NCBI GenBank assembly: GCA_965208575.1
Contig: CBDBOV010000005.1
Location: forward strand, 128,001 to 192,000
Reading direction: 5' to 3'
From: Spirochaetia bacterium
GTDB lineage: Bacteria; Spirochaetota; Spirochaetia; SZUA-6; Bin103
Length of the DNA: 64,000 bases
Shown here: piece by piece, positions 61,474 through 64,000 of the stretch
Layout of the letters: each line of letters begins with the position of its first letter
How positions within the stretch are numbered: the first letter of the stretch is position 1
Notes under the pieces: generated by a model
What the model was told of the DNA's origin: nothing
The model's database searches: none
Seen by the model: only the letters and a program-made list of their open reading frames with translations
Program-made: the position numbers and the translations under genes

Positions 61474-61653
61474 CCTCCTAGCGCCCCGAAACCGCGCGTT
61501 CGTTGGGCCCTTCGATCAGCAACGCCTATTGGTCATGCGCGCCGGGTCGTAAAGGTCGCGGGTGTCGCTCAACTATCTGCACCACCTGCTGCTGTCGGCG
61601 CCGTGGCATGCAGCCTTGTGGGTGCACCGGCGCGCGTGGTTTCATGTGCGGCG

Positions 61654-63381
61654 ATGTCTCGAGGTTGGAGGGGGATGGCGTGCCTGGCGGCTCTGCTGTG
61701 TGCCGGCCCGCTCGGCGCGGCTCCCGGCGTCGCAGTTGTCCCGGTCAGCACCGAGACGAGTTGCGCGGGAGCGTTCGTGGCGCACCCGCTGCCGCACTCG
61801 GTGCAGCCGATGCCGAACCTGCCGATGCCGTTCGACAGCAACGGCTCGGGGGTCGCGATCGCCGACCTCGATGGCGACGGCTGGCTGGACGTGCTGCTCG
61901 GCGGGCTGCACGGCCCGGCGACGGTGCTCTGGAACCGCGGCGACCCGGGCGGTCCGGCGTTCGATGCCGTGGCGCTCGAACTGGTCGGGGCGCGCGCGGT
62001 GGCCATCGTGGACGTGGACGGCGACGGACACCAGGACATCGTCGCCACCCGGCCCGACGAACGTCCGCGGTGGCTGCGGGGAAGCGGCGGACGCACCTTC
62101 CGGATCGTGGACGACGAACGGTTCGTCGCCCGCTATCCCATCTACACGATGGCGTGGGACGATCTCGATGGCGACACCGACCTCGACCTGGTCGGCGCCA
62201 CCTACGACGCCGAGTTGGAGCGATACGAGGCGATGGAGGCATACCGGAACTTCGTGACGACCAACGTTTCCACCGCCCGCACCCGGCAGCGGGGGGTGTG
62301 GTACTACGAGAACCTCGGGCCGCGCGACCGGCGCAGCGCCTTCGAGCCGGGTGAGTTCCAGTTCCTGGCATGGCCCCTCGCCGCCGGCGCGATGGCACTG
62401 CCCATCGTGCTGACCGACGTCGACGGCGACGCGCTCAGCGACATCGTCGTGGGCAACGACTACGACGTCCCGGACAACGTATTCCTCCGTACCCCCGATC
62501 GGGTGCGCCCGCACCGGTCGTGGTGGCGCCCCGGCAGCCCGTTCCCGGTGACCACCCGCAACACCATGGCATTCGCCACCGGCGACGTGGACAACGACGG
62601 CCGCATCGAACTGTTCGCGGCGGACATGAGCCCGTACCGCGCGGGTGCGGACATCGACGAGGCGTGGGGGCCGCTGCTGCAACCGGGCGGCGCGGCGACC
62701 CCGGTGGGCGACGGCGTACAGGCCGCGGCCAACGTGCTGCAGACCCGGCAGGAGGACGGCTCCTACCTGGACACCGCCGGCCGCGCCGGGGTGGCCGCCA
62801 CCGGCTGGAGCTGGTCGGCGCAGTTCGGGGACCTGGACAACGACGGCGACCTGGACCTGTACATCGTCAACGGCATGGTCGGCGATCCGTTCCGGAAACT
62901 GGAGGACGCCGAGCTGGTCGAGGAGAACCAGGCGCTGCGCAACCTGGGCGGGGAGCGCTTCGTGGCCGCGCCGGAGTGGCGGCTGGGCGCCACCGAGAGC
63001 GGGCGCGGCATGGCGCTCGGCGACCTCGACCGCGACGGCGACCTGGACATCGTGGTCAACAACTACCGGGCGCCGTCGCTGCTGTTCGAGAACCGCCTGT
63101 GCGGCGGGGCGAGCGTGCAGGTGGACCTGGTCTGGTCCGGCACGGACAACCGGTTCGCAATCGGCGCCTCGTTGCGGCTGGACACCGATGCCGGCCGCTA
63201 CCGGCGCGACGTGGAGGTGACCAGCGGCTACCTGTCGAGCAACCCGCCCCGCGTCCACTTCGGCTTGCCTGCCGGCGAGCGCCCGCAGCGGCTCACCGTC
63301 CGCTGGCCGGACGGCGCCGAGGACGTGGTGGGCGCTACGGACGGCTTGACGGCCGACACGCTGTTGACCGTCACCCGGTAG
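61654..63381 (+). CDS. CRTAC1-family protein (copy 2)
   Basis: Paralogue of 17018-18754. Confidence 0.9.
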   Translation: MSRGWRGMACLAALLCAGPLGAAPGVAVVPVSTETSCAGAFVAHPLPHSVQPMPNLPMPFDSNGSGVAIADLDGDGWLDVLLGGLHGPATVLWNRGDPGGPAFDAVALELVGARAVAIVDVDGDGHQDIVATRPDERPRWLRGSGGRTFRIVDDERFVARYPIYTMAWDDLDGDTDLDLVGATYDAELERYEAMEAYRNFVTTNVSTARTRQRGVWYYENLGPRDRRSAFEPGEFQFLAWPLAAGAMALPIVLTDVDGDALSDIVVGNDYDVPDNVFLRTPDRVRPHRSWWRPGSPFPVTTRNTMAFATGDVDNDGRIELFAADMSPYRAGADIDEAWGPLLQPGGAATPVGDGVQAAANVLQTRQEDGSYLDTAGRAGVAATGWSWSAQFGDLDNDGDLDLYIVNGMVGDPFRKLEDAELVEENQALRNLGGERFVAAPEWRLGATESGRGMALGDLDRDGDLDIVVNNYRAPSLLFENRLCGGASVQVDLVWSGTDNRFAIGASLRLDTDAGRYRRDVEVTSGYLSSNPPRVHFGLPAGERPQRLTVRWPDGAEDVVGATDGLTADTLLTVTR

Positions 63382-63386
63382 CACTT

Positions 63387-63673
63387 TAGGTGCTGACCGG
63401 CTCGCACACCATGGCGACTTCCGTAGCGGCGTCCCAGTACTCGATGCGACCGTCGTAAGCGGTAATCTCATCACGCGATATACGCACCGGCCGACAGCCG
63501 GGAAACTCCGGCCGCTCCGGCTCGCGCCGATCCACCGGCCGCGGCACCGCGGTGACACTGTACTCAGCCATGGCGCCGATCTTAACACATGGCGGCTCCT
63601 GCAATGCAGGCGCTGCACGGCGAGAGACCATCATTGATCAGGAGGTGATGCCGCGCCTGTCGCTCCCGCGCTG
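63387..63673. pseudogene. Uma2-A 5' fragment (-) and LLM 3' tip (+)
   Basis: Matches 1502-1729 and 13019-13054. Confidence 0.8.
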
Positions 63674-63769
63674 ACCGGATCTTTTGCCGCCACCTGGACT
63701 CCTATAATGCCAGTAAATGACAGGTTCAGCACTGAGCAGCGCGCCCTGATCATCCGGTGCCGACGGGCC

Positions 63770-64000
63770 TCAAACCGACGTCACGGCGGTGGCACCCAGC
63801 CGTCCCCCGCCGCCTCTGAGCCGCGGGTCGAGCAGGTCCCTCACCGCATCGCCAAACATGTTCAAACTGTAAACGGTTACCGTCAGGCAAAGACCAGGCC
63901 AGGCAGCCAGGTGTGGTGCTTCCTCCATGAATCGACGCCCTTCGCCGCTGAGCATACCTCCCCAGCTGGGAACCTCGATGGGCAGGCCGTATCCGAGGAA
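63770..64000 (-). CDS. Third, more distant OppC-like permease (3' part; runs off window)
   Basis: FLGYGLP..PSWGGMLS...GDAVRDLLDPRLRG. Confidence 0.8.
   Translation of the reverse strand, partial: FLGYGLPIEVPSWGGMLSGEGRRFMEEAPHLAAWPGLCLTVTVYSLNMFGDAVRDLLDPRLRGGGGRLGATAVTSV

Noticed and set aside
61562-61607. VSLNYLHHLLLSAPW, resembling an IS701 transposase segment
   Set aside because: Too short to support; no IS ends.
63702-63762. TATAAT followed by a frameshifted M-RFSTEQRALIIRC, like an IS1-type transposase start
   Set aside because: Only ~15 codons; not supportable.

Overview
High-GC bacterial accessory region. The gene repertoire (CRTAC1/ASPIC-UnbV, Uma2, AAA-ATPase-PD-(D/E)XK, LLM, SDR, Opp-type ABC) resembles marine-sponge symbionts; this is an inference only. 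(1) Both flanks (~200-19.3 kb and ~39.1-64 kb) are built from the same ~10 genes: oppA/B/C-like, a 4,5-dihydroxyphthalate-decarboxylase-like SBP (dhp-like), SDR, LLM, CRTAC1, two Uma2 types, Rpn-like, AAA-ATPase and HAD. They recur 2-9 times as intact copies and 20-900 bp fragments joined at short microhomologies, each always on its original strand. Different toxin-antitoxin/defence modules (DUF433-DUF5615, HicAB, DUF2283, PIN, AbiE) sit in slots between the recurring fragments. This looks like an integrase-free, accordion-type cassette array and is the main candidate novel system. (2) A central mobile island (~19.3-39.1 kb) starts at a P4-type integrase inserted in the catalytic motif of a Uma2 gene. 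It carries IS3, IS630-like MITEs, a group II intron interrupted by a mini-ISKra4, further intron remnants, and a 3.6-kb transposase-less element with perfect 17-bp TIRs and a 7-bp TSD that carries an Mrr-like nuclease, an HEPN-like gene and a small peptide. (3) A nested IS stack (IS21 > IS3 > ISNCY-like > truncated transposase) splits an AbiEi antitoxin while the AbiEii toxin stays intact. No rRNA, tRNA or CRISPR array was seen. All alignments were made by eye, so fragment boundaries are approximate.
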